DNA of 64,000 nt from Pseudomonadota bacterium (GTDB lineage: Bacteria; Pseudomonadota; Alphaproteobacteria; Caulobacterales; Parvularculaceae). The notes beneath the pieces were generated by a model. The model saw nothing but the letters and a program-made list of their open reading frames with translations, was not told where the DNA came from and searched no databases. The position numbers and the translations under genes were made by a program. Below are positions 1 through 8,819 of this stretch, piece after piece. How positions within the stretch are numbered: the first letter of the stretch is position 1; each line of letters begins with the position of its first letter. The stretch spans positions 2,604-66,603 of the forward strand of contig JBCAXE010000014.1 in assembly GCA_038534195.1 (NCBI GenBank). Direction: 5' to 3'.

Positions 1-290
1 GGCAGCACCATGGCCTGAAGCATTTGCGCCGCGGCTGACTCACCGGATGCGCTGAAGAGAATTTGCGCAGTATGCAGCGGATCATTAAACGCCGCGCTGC
101 TTCCCGTCAGTATCCCGCGTGCAGTAGCGTTGCTCGCCAATATGGCGCATAAAAAAAACGCTAAATAAGACAGGGCTGCTGTTAGTTCCTTCGACTGAGC
201 GACATCACCATCTCGACGCGCTTTTTCCAATCGCGCGGGCGACGGGTCGAGTGATTTTTCCTGGCCGCTGTCAGCGTTCTCTTCGCTCAC
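1..290 (-). CDS. flhB: Flagellar export apparatus protein FlhB, N-terminal ~96 codons (gene runs off the left edge)
   Basis: Reverse-strand translation from GTG at 288-290 gives VSEENADSGQEKSLDPSPARLEKARRDGDVAQSKELTAALSYLA, a typical FlhB N-terminus. The GTG overlaps the fliR stop (GTGA at 287-290). The gene follows flhA-fliR. Confidence 0.8.
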   Translation of the reverse strand, partial: MSEENADSGQEKSLDPSPARLEKARRDGDVAQSKELTAALSYLAFFLCAILASNATARGILTGSSAAFNDPLHTAQILFSASGESAAAQMLQAMVL

Positions 291-1078
291 GGTTTTGCTC
301 CTAAAAGCGCTGAGGCCGCCGACGCGTAGGCATTGAGCCACAGTTTTAGAGCCAGAGGCGCTGCGATTGCGAAAAGTAGCATCCCAGTCAGGATAATGGC
401 CGGCGCCCCGACGAACGCCGCGCTCAATTGAGTCATTGCGCGGCTTGCGGCGGCTAAGGCCAAGACATAAATAACGCCGAGCAGGACGAAGGGCGCGCTG
501 AGCTGCAGCGCGAATTTCAGGACAAATCCTGATCGATCTAATACCCAATCAGCTGCTGCGGCAGTTTCAATAAATTCGCCGAACGGAAGTATTTGATATG
601 ATTGAATAATGGCCGCCACAAGCTGGAGGTGCGCTCCCATGATCACAGCGATGCAAACGCCGCTGAAAGTGAGGATCGCCGAGAATGGGGAATCTGCCTC
701 AAAACTTACGGCGCTTCCGAACAATTGTGAAAGCGAGAGATGCTGGGCGATGATACCGCCCGCTGTTTGAAGAACGAAAATGAAGACCCTCGCCGACAAT
801 CCGAGGAGCGCTCCTGCAAAACCCTCGATAAATAAAATCGTGGCCAGTTCAATTGGTGAATTAGGTATGGGGGGCCTATCCATATCCGATAGGGCGCTTG
901 CGGCGAGCGCCGCGATAGCGAAAGCTGCTGCAAGGCGCGCCCCTATCGGAACGAAGCGTTCGCCAAGCCCGGGGGCTAGAATCGCCATGAATGAAACACG
1001 TGTAAAAACGCCAATAAGCAGCGTCGCTAGCCCAGCGTCAATTTTTAGCAATGCTGCTACTGACGATAAATACGACAC
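287..1078 (-). CDS. fliR: Flagellar export apparatus membrane protein FliR
   Basis: 263-aa polytopic membrane ORF with a FliR-like N-terminus (LLIGVFTRVSFMAILAPGLGERFVP). It lies between flhA and flhB. Confidence 0.9.
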   Translation of the reverse strand: MSYLSSVAALLKIDAGLATLLIGVFTRVSFMAILAPGLGERFVPIGARLAAAFAIAALAASALSDMDRPPIPNSPIELATILFIEGFAGALLGLSARVFIFVLQTAGGIIAQHLSLSQLFGSAVSFEADSPFSAILTFSGVCIAVIMGAHLQLVAAIIQSYQILPFGEFIETAAAADWVLDRSGFVLKFALQLSAPFVLLGVIYVLALAAASRAMTQLSAAFVGAPAIILTGMLLFAIAAPLALKLWLNAYASAASALLGAKP

Positions 1079-1081
1079 GGA

Positions 1082-3202
1082 TTATATTTTCCCTATAATA
1101 CTCATTTGCATTCTCGCGTCGATTTCATCATAACAAAGAACATGTGCGGAAATTTTTTTCGCATTGACGAGTTCTCTCACAAACCGACGCCGATGACTCG
1201 TCGTTACAATGACTGGCGGTGCGCCTTGAGCACGCGCACGCGATACTTGTTCTTGGATAAGAAGCGTTAGCTCATTGAATTTTTCCGGCGGCAGAGCCAC
1301 GTCCACGACACCGTTTGGTCGTTCAAACTCATGTTCCCGAAAAATATCTTCCCAATTTAAATCGATCTGGATGAGTGGAAGAATGCCAGCATCGGTCAGG
1401 TAACGAAAAATAAAAGCAGGAGCAATTTTTCGCCTAACAAACTCGGTCGCCTGTTCTGGCGTTTGAGCTTGCGCAGCTGCGTCCGCAATCGATTCGAGCA
1501 ATAGAGGAATATTTCGGATCGGGACTAATTCGTCGAGTAAGTTGCTGAAGACGCCTTGGACTAACTCCGATGCAATTTTTTCAGGGATGAAGTCATCAAC
1601 GATACGCCGATTGGCGACCGCCTTTGAAGGATCACTCACGCTTGTGAATTCGTCAAAGATACGTTGAAGCGCACGGCGCGTCATCAATTGCCTGAAATTC
1701 GATTTTATCGTTTCGAGAAGGTGCGTAATGATAATTTCTGCAGGTTCTATCACTGTAAGACCCGCCGCCGCGGCAACATCTCGGTCTGACACGGCTATCC
1801 ATCGCGCTTGTGCGCCATAAACGGGTTCTTCAGCATCAACGCCAGCGACAGGTAACGTTGCGAGGTCATCCGTGATAACGAGTAGACGGTTTGGTTGTAC
1901 TTGCCCACTGGCGCGCCGGATGCCTTGCACGTTTATTCCATATGCATTGGCGTCCATTTCGAGATTGTCTGTCAGGCGTACCGGCGGTGCGACAAAACCA
2001 TATTCCTCTGCGATAAACCGGCGAATTTTTGCAATCCGCGCATCCAGCCCGAGCACGTCGTCCATCACGATTGGCGTCAGATTTGAGGCGAATTCCAAAT
2101 GTAACTCATCCACATCCAGAATATCGCCCAAGGCTTTTTCGTCGCTATGCTTTAACTCGGTCGATTCTATTTCTGTAGTCTTTTCGTCATTTGTACCTTG
2201 TTGTGAAAAATAGGCCGCTGCAAAGACGCCGCCGGCGCCCAACATAAAAGGCGTAAACGGAAGACCGGGTAGGAAGGCAAAGGCTGCAAGAACAACGCCT
2301 ACTGTGCCAAGTGCAATCGGGCTTGCGCCCAACTGTTTGAAAACAGCTTTGTCGGCCGACCCTGCGACGCCGCCCTTTGAAAGAAGGAGCGCAGTTGCAA
2401 CGGAAATTATCACGGCGGGTATTTGCGATACGAGACCATCGCCGACCGTGAGTATTGCATAAGTGCTGGCGGCGTCAGCGACGGATAATCCGTGAGCGCC
2501 GACGCCTATTGCAAGCCCAGCAACCAGATTCAAAATCGTGATGAGAAGTCCGGCAATCGCGTCGCCTTTAACGAATTTCGAGGCCCCATCGAGCGAGCCG
2601 AAAAACGTTGTTTCCTCCTGTTCGATTCGTCGGCGTTCTACGGCTTCTTGATGGCTTATAGCCCCGGCGGCCACATCGGAGTCGATCGCCAATTGCTTTC
2701 CAGGCATCGCATCAAGGGCGAATCTTGCGCCTACTTCGGCCATCCGCCCCGCGCCCTTGGTGATGACCATGAAATTTACAATCAGCAAGACGCAAAAAAC
2801 CACAATTCCAAGAAAAAAATTGCCGCCCATAATGAACATGGCAAAGCCTTCAATAACGCCGCCTGCGGCGTCAGTGCCGGCATGTCCCGATCCGATGATG
2901 AGTTTCGTTGAAGAGATGTTTAATGACAGCCTCAAAATGAGGGCGCCTAGGAGAACCGTTGGGAAGGCGGAAAAATCGAGTGGGCGTTCGATAAAAAGAG
3001 TTGTCGTAAAGATAAGAACAGCGAGTGCGAAAGAGATCGTCAATCCAAGGTCAAGAACGATGGATGGGACGGGCAAGACCATCATGACAATCACGATGAT
3101 GAGCCCAACGGCAAGCAATGCAGTGCTGCGATTCTCGGACAGAGAGGAATTTATGGCCGTTTCGGTCGTCATTATTTGTGGAGATTGCTGTGTAGGCGCC
3201 AA
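1082..3202 (-). CDS. flhA: Flagellar export gate protein FlhA
   Basis: 706 aa. Carries the FlhA signature [55 protein letters not shown] and a large cytoplasmic C-domain. The track start is TTG; an alternative ATG lies at 3172. Confidence 0.97.
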   Translation of the reverse strand: [706 protein letters not shown]

Positions 3203-3220
3203 CGCTCTTGTTTCGATTAA

Positions 3221-3487
3221 TTACCCTGCTGCGATCATTGGGAGAACATAATTCTCAAACAGTCCAAGCAGTCGCCGCGTCATGAAGCTGGCGGAGAGCC
3301 AGAAAGTGAACAGCATGGCGATGAGTTTTGGAGCGAAGGTCAATGACATTTCCTGGACGGACGTTAAGGCTTGGAAAAGACCGATCAGAAGCCCGGTAAT
3401 CAGAGCAACTACAATGATGGGAGCGCCGATCCATACCGCCTCCCACAAAAAAACCCGTAATAAGTCGAGAACTTCATGTTCGGTCAT
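3221..3487 (-). CDS. fliQ: Flagellar export apparatus protein FliQ
   Basis: 88 aa with two TM helices and the FliQ-like segment LIGLFQALTSVQEMSLTFAPKL. Synteny with flhA supports the call. Confidence 0.93.
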   Translation of the reverse strand: MTEHEVLDLLRVFLWEAVWIGAPIIVVALITGLLIGLFQALTSVQEMSLTFAPKLIAMLFTFWLSASFMTRRLLGLFENYVLPMIAAG

Positions 3488-3514
3488 GTCGTATCACTCA
3501 TCAAAATCATCGTA

Positions 3515-3814
3515 TTAAATGGGCATACGAAGCAGTTCCTGAAATGCTTCGACCGCTTTATCTCGGATTGTGGTTGCCGTTTCGACCGCTAGTTCCGCGG
3601 TCGCCACCGCTTCGATCACAGAATGCGGATCGGCGCCACCGGCAATCAGATCGCCAGCAGCCTGTTCGCTCTTCGCAACTGTCGATGCAAGCTCGTGAAT
3701 AGCCTTGAATGCAGCGGAATCTGTTTGGCTTTGATCCGGCTTGGCGGTCTGAGGAGAAAGTCGCGCTTTTACAACGTCATAGTTTTGCTGGGCGAGGGAG
3801 TTTGAGATTTTCAT
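3515..3814 (-). CDS. fliE: Flagellar hook-basal body complex protein FliE
   Basis: 99 aa. The C-terminus AELAVETATTIRDKAVEAFQELLRMPI is typical of FliE. Its position after flgB-flgC fits. Confidence 0.8.
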   Translation of the reverse strand: MKISNSLAQQNYDVVKARLSPQTAKPDQSQTDSAAFKAIHELASTVAKSEQAAGDLIAGGADPHSVIEAVATAELAVETATTIRDKAVEAFQELLRMPI

Positions 3815-3824
3815 GATTAAACTC

Positions 3825-4220
3825 CTACCGTCTCAAAAGCTCAAGAAGCGAGGAGAACATGCTGCGCGCCTGCTTGTAGACCTCAATCCCTGCATCATAT
3901 GAACGGTTTGCTTCTCGCGCGTCGCCGAATTCAGTCATGATGTTGACATTAGAACCCACGACGAACCCTTCCTCATTGGCGAAGGGGTGATTAGGTTCAA
4001 AACGTTGACTGAGTTCGGTTTCGTCAAGCGAGATGTCTGCTGCATCGACGCGCGTTACTCCATCCGCTTGATCATACATTGACCGGAAGGTAACCAGCTT
4101 TCGTCTGTATCCGTGCGTATCCGCGTTGGCGATATTTTCACTTACTGCTTGTAGGCGTGTCGTTTGCGCCTTCATACCAGAAACCGCCGCTGCAGTGATC
4201 TTTGAAAAAGGATTCATCAA
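3825..4220 (-). CDS. flgC: Flagellar proximal rod protein FlgC
   Basis: 131 aa. N-terminal axial-protein motif SENIANADTHGYRRK and a conserved C-terminal heptad region. Confidence 0.93.
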   Translation of the reverse strand: MMNPFSKITAAAVSGMKAQTTRLQAVSENIANADTHGYRRKLVTFRSMYDQADGVTRVDAADISLDETELSQRFEPNHPFANEEGFVVGSNVNIMTEFGDAREANRSYDAGIEVYKQARSMFSSLLELLRR

Positions 4221-4229
4221 TCAGACTCC

Positions 4230-4574
4230 TCAACGTCCGCCAAGACTCGCGCGCAGGATGGCAAGTGTTTTTCCGTAGATCGCGAGAGCGGTTGCGTGGT
4301 CGCGAGCGTTTTCTGCACCGCGCCTTAGCTCATCCTCAAGTGAGACGTTATTGCCATTTGGATTCGCGGGACCTGGATATGCGCTCGGTCGCTCAACAAA
4401 AGTCGCTGGAACGCCGGCCGCTCTTTCGAAAGCGACACCAAAAGGCTCCAGATCACGCGCTCTATAGCCTGGCGTGTCCGCATTCGCGATGTTTTCCGCT
4501 ACAAGCGCTTGGCGTTGCGCCGCATATCGCGCGAGGCTAGACGCCGCTTTTAAAATTTCAATTTCGCTAAACAT
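4230..4574 (-). CDS. flgB: Flagellar proximal rod protein FlgB
   Basis: 114 aa with motif AENIANADTPGYRARDLE. It is the first gene of the flgBC-fliE operon. Confidence 0.9.
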   Translation of the reverse strand: MFSEIEILKAASSLARYAAQRQALVAENIANADTPGYRARDLEPFGVAFERAAGVPATFVERPSAYPGPANPNGNNVSLEDELRRGAENARDHATALAIYGKTLAILRASLGGR

Positions 4575-4601
4575 TTAATATCTTCGTTAGGTTGTTGTAG
4601 G

Positions 4602-4619
4602 CAATAATTGCAATTATTG
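4602..4619. promoter_or_regulatory. Perfect 18-bp palindrome CAATAATTGCAATTATTG centred in the flgB/fliI divergent intergenic region (candidate operator)
   Basis: Read directly from the sequence. CAATAATTG is followed by its exact reverse complement. The palindrome centre coincides with the midpoint between the flgB ATG (4574) and the fliI ATG (4648). Confidence 0.4.
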
Positions 4620-4647
4620 GTTGAATAAACCGTTAACCGGAGCGGGT

Positions 4648-6027
4648 ATGTACATCCCCCCCCTTATTGACGAACGACTCGCCGGGGGCGCGGCGCGCGC
4701 GGGCGCGGTCGTCTATGGACAGGTAAAGTCAGTGAACAGCGTCTCTGCGGTCGTTGACGGCCTGCGCCCATTCGCACGACTTGGAGATGTCGTGTGCTTA
4801 GAGTGTTTAGGTGAGGGCGAAGCGCTTGCGGAGATTGTTTCGATCGAAGGCGACGATTGCGTTGTTGTTGGATACGAAAACCTCGACGGCTTTGGTGCGT
4901 CGGGCAGGGCGGTCCTAAAACCAGGCGAACGATTTATCTTTCCTCATGACGGATGGCTTGGGCGTACGATCAATCCATTCGCCGAGTCGCTTGACGGCGA
5001 TCGTTTGACGTTTGGATCAAAACGCTATGCGTTGAATTCAAAAGCGCCATTGGCCATTCATCGCCGATTTCTAGGTGAACGCGTTCGGACTGGGTACTGC
5101 GTATTCGATACAATTCTTCCTATCTGTCGCGGGCAGCGTATTGGTGTATTCGCTGGTTCTGGCGTCGGCAAATCAATCCTACTTGGAGAATTGATAAATC
5201 GGATCGAATGCGATGTGGCGGTCGTCGCATTGATTGGTGAGCGCGGTCGCGAAGTACGCACATTTGTAGACCAAACAATGAGCGAACATGGTCGCGCTCG
5301 ATCTACAGTTGTCGTTGCGACCTCTGATCAATCACCGCTAGCCAAAAAGCGCGCAGCAACCGTTGCGATGTCGACTGCCGAAAAATTTCGGGATGACGGT
5401 AAGCATGTATTGCTCGTTTTCGACTCGCTTACCCGCTTTGCGGAAGCTCATCGTGAAACCGCTGTAATTGCAGGTGAAAAATCAGAATCCGGCGCTTTTC
5501 CTCCGTCAACGACACGTGAAATTGCGGCGTTGGTTGAAAGGGCGGGACCCGGTCCTGAAGGCAGCGGCGACATTACGGCTATCTTTTCCGTCCTCGTCGC
5601 CGGATCCGACTTTGAAGAACCGCTCTCGGACATTGTTCGTGGTCTTCTCGACGGCCACATCGTGTTGGACCGAAAACATGCCGAACGAGGGCGGTTTCCT
5701 GCTATTGACGTTCTAAAAAGCGTCTCGCGTGCGCTGCCGAACGCCGCCAACAAAGAGGAGAACGCCATGATCGCGCAGACCCGCAACATCTTCCGTACAT
5801 ATGAAGACTCAGAATTAATGATCCGAGCCGGACTTTATGAGGATGGGTCCGATCCCCTCATTGATCGCGCAGTGCGCGTGTGGCCATTGCTGGATAGATT
5901 TGTAGCTGAGTCTTATGGCGAAGGCATGCGCGACGAACAGTATGCTTTTCGACGCCTTACTGAGATCATGCAGAAGGAGGAAGACTCATTCCATTCTGAC
6001 GAAAAAGAATCTTCAGATCAAATTTGA
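4648..6027 (+). CDS. fliI: Flagellum-specific ATPase FliI
   Basis: Walker A GSGVGKS, Walker B LLVFDSLTR, and F1/T3SS-ATPase-like sequence throughout. The ATG at 4648, preceded by GGAG (4638-4641), is preferred over the TTG at 4621. Confidence 0.95.
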   Translation: MYIPPLIDERLAGGAARAGAVVYGQVKSVNSVSAVVDGLRPFARLGDVVCLECLGEGEALAEIVSIEGDDCVVVGYENLDGFGASGRAVLKPGERFIFPHDGWLGRTINPFAESLDGDRLTFGSKRYALNSKAPLAIHRRFLGERVRTGYCVFDTILPICRGQRIGVFAGSGVGKSILLGELINRIECDVAVVALIGERGREVRTFVDQTMSEHGRARSTVVVATSDQSPLAKKRAATVAMSTAEKFRDDGKHVLLVFDSLTRFAEAHRETAVIAGEKSESGAFPPSTTREIAALVERAGPGPEGSGDITAIFSVLVAGSDFEEPLSDIVRGLLDGHIVLDRKHAERGRFPAIDVLKSVSRALPNAANKEENAMIAQTRNIFRTYEDSELMIRAGLYEDGSDPLIDRAVRVWPLLDRFVAESYGEGMRDEQYAFRRLTEIMQKEEDSFHSDEKESSDQI

Positions 6028-6855
6028 TAGTAAAATATTAGTAGACTGAACATTTACAAAATTTGAACTATTTAGTAGTGCGAGGCTTGTGGCGCCAGGC
6101 GTAGACGGGTCAGGGCCGGTTTCGAGGTCGCGTCTTACAAAAAAGCGACGGATGGCGTCTTCGATAACTTCAGGATCATTGAAAAGCGAAAGCGACGATG
6201 ATCCAAATACAGATAGCGCTCGCCTTTCAAAAATCGAACGTTGTTGGTCAACATCGAGAGTCGCCGTCGAAGTGGGCAGCCCAAGCGCTGCTTCCAAAAC
6301 GGTGCGGAGCGGACGGTTCCCGATCACACGTAACCATCCGCTCCGGTCGACCGTTTCTGAATTCGCAATCGCTGCAATTTCCCTCCGGAAGTTGAGCGCT
6401 AAGCGAAAATCAGGCTCAATATCGCCGACACGGGCTTCAAAAGCACGTTCTAAAAAACGCTCAGCAATTTCTGTCCGAAATGATGTTGAATCGACGCGGG
6501 GGCCTGCTATGTCGCCGTATCCGAACGCCGCGGCAAAGTCGCGCCAGCGCGTGTCGCCGAGACGGTTGGCGAGAGCGCGCGGATCATCCACGCCGTCTTC
6601 CAATATGCGTCTAATGAAGGCGCGCTTATCGATCTCCTCGCTCAGCCCATATGCGGCGAGCGAGACTTCTAGCAATCTTCGATCCGCCACCAAGTCCTGA
6701 GCCGTGCGCGCGTTCGAAATGTTTTCACGAAAATAATCAAGCGCGCGTTGCGTTGTTGGATTCTGCTCGAATGCGTCGCGCTGACGGGGCGCTGTCGCCT
6801 CAAATACCCGAAAGCCGCCCAAGCCGCCAAAAATGACCGCCGGCGTGAAGGTCAT
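6013..6855 (-). CDS. DUF1217-type flagellar-cluster protein
   Basis: 280 aa. The N-terminus (FGGLGGFRVF...YFRENISNARTAQDLVADRRLLEVSLAAYGL) matches the DUF1217 pattern as I remember it. ATGA-coupled to flbT (6852-6855). Confidence 0.75.
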   Translation of the reverse strand: MTFTPAVIFGGLGGFRVFEATAPRQRDAFEQNPTTQRALDYFRENISNARTAQDLVADRRLLEVSLAAYGLSEEIDKRAFIRRILEDGVDDPRALANRLGDTRWRDFAAAFGYGDIAGPRVDSTSFRTEIAERFLERAFEARVGDIEPDFRLALNFRREIAAIANSETVDRSGWLRVIGNRPLRTVLEAALGLPTSTATLDVDQQRSIFERRALSVFGSSSLSLFNDPEVIEDAIRRFFVRRDLETGPDPSTPGATSLALLNSSNFVNVQSTNILLSNLI

Positions 6856-7286
6856 CTGGCGCGCTCGTGCGAGGCGACGCGCCCGCCAGTCTCACCGTGT
6901 GAAAGCAGACGCTGCTCAGTATCGAAAAGACTGTTGACTGACCGCATTACAACGAAGAATTTTCCATCTCGTGCGCCTTGTTTGGCGCGACGCACTTTCT
7001 CGCCAGCCTCGCCTTGGAAGATCGTTTCAACAGCATCGAGACCACTAATAATCTGTGTGCGAGCATCCTCGTGGGAGGCTTCGCCTGCAAGTGCGAGTTG
7101 CGCAATATAGTAAACGCGCTTCAGAGGCGTATTAGCGTCCTCCGCTCGGATTGCATCACGTTTGCGGAGTACAGAAACATCTTTAGAGCGAACACGGATC
7201 TTAGCCGAACGTTCGCCATTTTGCAGAATTACGCCGTTTATGAGAACTTTCTCAAATGGCTTCAAGCGCAAAACTAAACCGGTCAT
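6852..7286 (-). CDS. flbT: Flagellin synthesis repressor FlbT
   Basis: 144 aa. The N-terminus LVLRLKPFEKVLINGVILQNGERSAKIRV is typical of FlbT. ATGA-coupled to flaF (7283-7286). Confidence 0.85.
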   Translation of the reverse strand: MTGLVLRLKPFEKVLINGVILQNGERSAKIRVRSKDVSVLRKRDAIRAEDANTPLKRVYYIAQLALAGEASHEDARTQIISGLDAVETIFQGEAGEKVRRAKQGARDGKFFVVMRSVNSLFDTEQRLLSHGETGGRVASHERAR

Positions 7287-7705
7287 GATTGCTCGCTCTT
7301 GTCAGAAGAAAATTGTCTGCGGAGACCTGCCATAATATTTCGGTTGATTTCTACAAGCGCCTCAGTCGTAATGTCGGAGTCGCCGGCGAGTAGTCGGTTC
7401 GTATGCGCGCGTGTGAAAACAAAGAGTTCGAAAATGGCTTGGCGTAATTCCGGCGTTAGCCCATTTTCATTCGAAGAGACCGCCGCCCCTATAGAAGTCC
7501 ATAACTTTAGATTATCGCTGAGTGCAGTAACGTATCCCGGATTATCGTTATGGCGGTGTTTTTCAGCGGTAACGAGGGCGGTGGTGAAGCGAGAGAAGAG
7601 GTGAAATTCGATCGCGCGTGGCGAGCTTGTGGTTTTTGCGGACCGGTCGTAGCCGGCGCGCGCGAGTGCGGCATTTGTCATTTTCTTCAGGGCCTTTTTA
7701 CCCAA
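7283..7705 (-). CDS. flaF: Flagellin synthesis regulator FlaF
   Basis: FlaF-like sequence (YDRSAKTTSSPRAIEFHLFSRFTTAL). It lies directly downstream of flagellin and upstream of flbT. The track start is TTG; an alternative ATG lies at 7681. Confidence 0.8.
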   Translation of the reverse strand: MGKKALKKMTNAALARAGYDRSAKTTSSPRAIEFHLFSRFTTALVTAEKHRHNDNPGYVTALSDNLKLWTSIGAAVSSNENGLTPELRQAIFELFVFTRAHTNRLLAGDSDITTEALVEINRNIMAGLRRQFSSDKSEQS

Positions 7706-7758
7706 TTACAGTGGGGGCCGCCCCGCGACCGCCATGGGGGCGCGGGACGGGTTCTCGT

Positions 7759-8598
7759 TTATCGGAACAGGCCAAGCAGGACCTGAGGCGACTGATTGGC
7801 GATCGATAATGCCTGAACGCCAAGCTGCTGCTGCACCTGCAGCGACTGTAAGCGCGCCGATGCTTCTTCGAGATCGGCGTCAGTTAATGCGCCGATGCCA
7901 GTGCGTAGATTGTCGATCAGGCCCGTGACGAATTCGTCCTGAATCTCGATTCGACGCTGGCTGGCGCCGAAAGCTGAAGCCGCGTCGATCGATGTTTGAA
8001 TACCAGCTTCGATCGTTGCAAGTGCGCCGCTTGGATCGGCGACATCGACGTCAATAGCGGCGACCGCAGCCAATCCGCCACCCGTTGCAGTATCTAGATC
8101 CTGTGCAGCGACTGTGATGCTTGACGCTGTTACGGAACCGTCAGAAGCACGGTCAAGCGAAGCAAGAACGTCGACATCTGTTGCGCCGTTTTGGATGAGG
8201 TTGAGGCCATTAAACTGTGCGGCGTTAACAATCGACGTGATCTGATTGACGGTTTCAGTGATGCCCGTCTGAATTTTCGCCCGATCGACGTTGTCTTCCT
8301 GAGCAGAAACGACAAGCCCTTTGATCTCCGTGAGCAGATCAGTGATTTGTTCGGCTGCTCCGCGTGCGACGGCGACGGTCGATGTGCCGAGGTTGAGCGT
8401 TTCCGAAATTGATTCAAATCCGCGAACATCGGATTCAATAACAGAAGAAACCGCGAAAATAGCAGCATTGTCGCGTGCGTTCGATACGCTTTTGCCGGTC
8501 GAGATCTGGTTCTGCACATCCGCTAGATCGCGATTGACAGTGCGCAGATTTTGAAGAGCGACAAAAGCGCTAGTATTGGTCAAGAGAGAGTTGGTCAT
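7759..8598 (-). CDS. fliC: Flagellin (short alphaproteobacterial type, 279 aa)
   Basis: N-terminus MTNSLLTNTSAFVALQNLRTVNRDL and C-terminus LQSLQVQQQLGVQALSIANQSPQVLLGLFR. The ATG at 8598 has a GGAG 7 nt upstream. The longer ORF start at 8634 is unlikely. Confidence 0.93.
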   Translation of the reverse strand: MTNSLLTNTSAFVALQNLRTVNRDLADVQNQISTGKSVSNARDNAAIFAVSSVIESDVRGFESISETLNLGTSTVAVARGAAEQITDLLTEIKGLVVSAQEDNVDRAKIQTGITETVNQITSIVNAAQFNGLNLIQNGATDVDVLASLDRASDGSVTASSITVAAQDLDTATGGGLAAVAAIDVDVADPSGALATIEAGIQTSIDAASAFGASQRRIEIQDEFVTGLIDNLRTGIGALTDADLEEASARLQSLQVQQQLGVQALSIANQSPQVLLGLFR

Positions 8599-8657
8599 TA
8601 CATGCTCCAAGTTGGATTGATGGGCCCGTGACATTGGTCGTGGGCGGTTTTCTCAAT

Positions 8658-8682
8658 CCGACCTCGGCTTTCGAGTTGTCGG
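8658..8682 (-). promoter_or_regulatory. Stem-loop in the putative flagellin 5' leader
   Basis: On the mRNA strand the sequence reads CCGAC-AA-CTCG-AAAGC-CGAG-GTCGG, giving 9 bp with a 2-nt bulge. It lies 60-84 nt upstream of the flagellin ATG. Confidence 0.3.
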
Positions 8683-8819
8683 GGCCCGGCAATTGGCAGC
8701 CGGGTTGAGCGCCTTTTTGCGCTTCGACGGGTCATTTAAACACCGCCGAGCAACCGTTTAAATTGCATAAGTATTTATATACAACCATAAGTATAAATAT
8801 TCTGTAAATTCAAGTTTCT

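Noticed and set aside
8694-8709. Sigma54-like element TGGCAG-N5-TTGAG near the flagellin promoter region
   Set aside because: It lies on the plus strand, pointing away from the minus-strand flagellin gene, with no plus-strand gene downstream. The critical -12 GC is GA.
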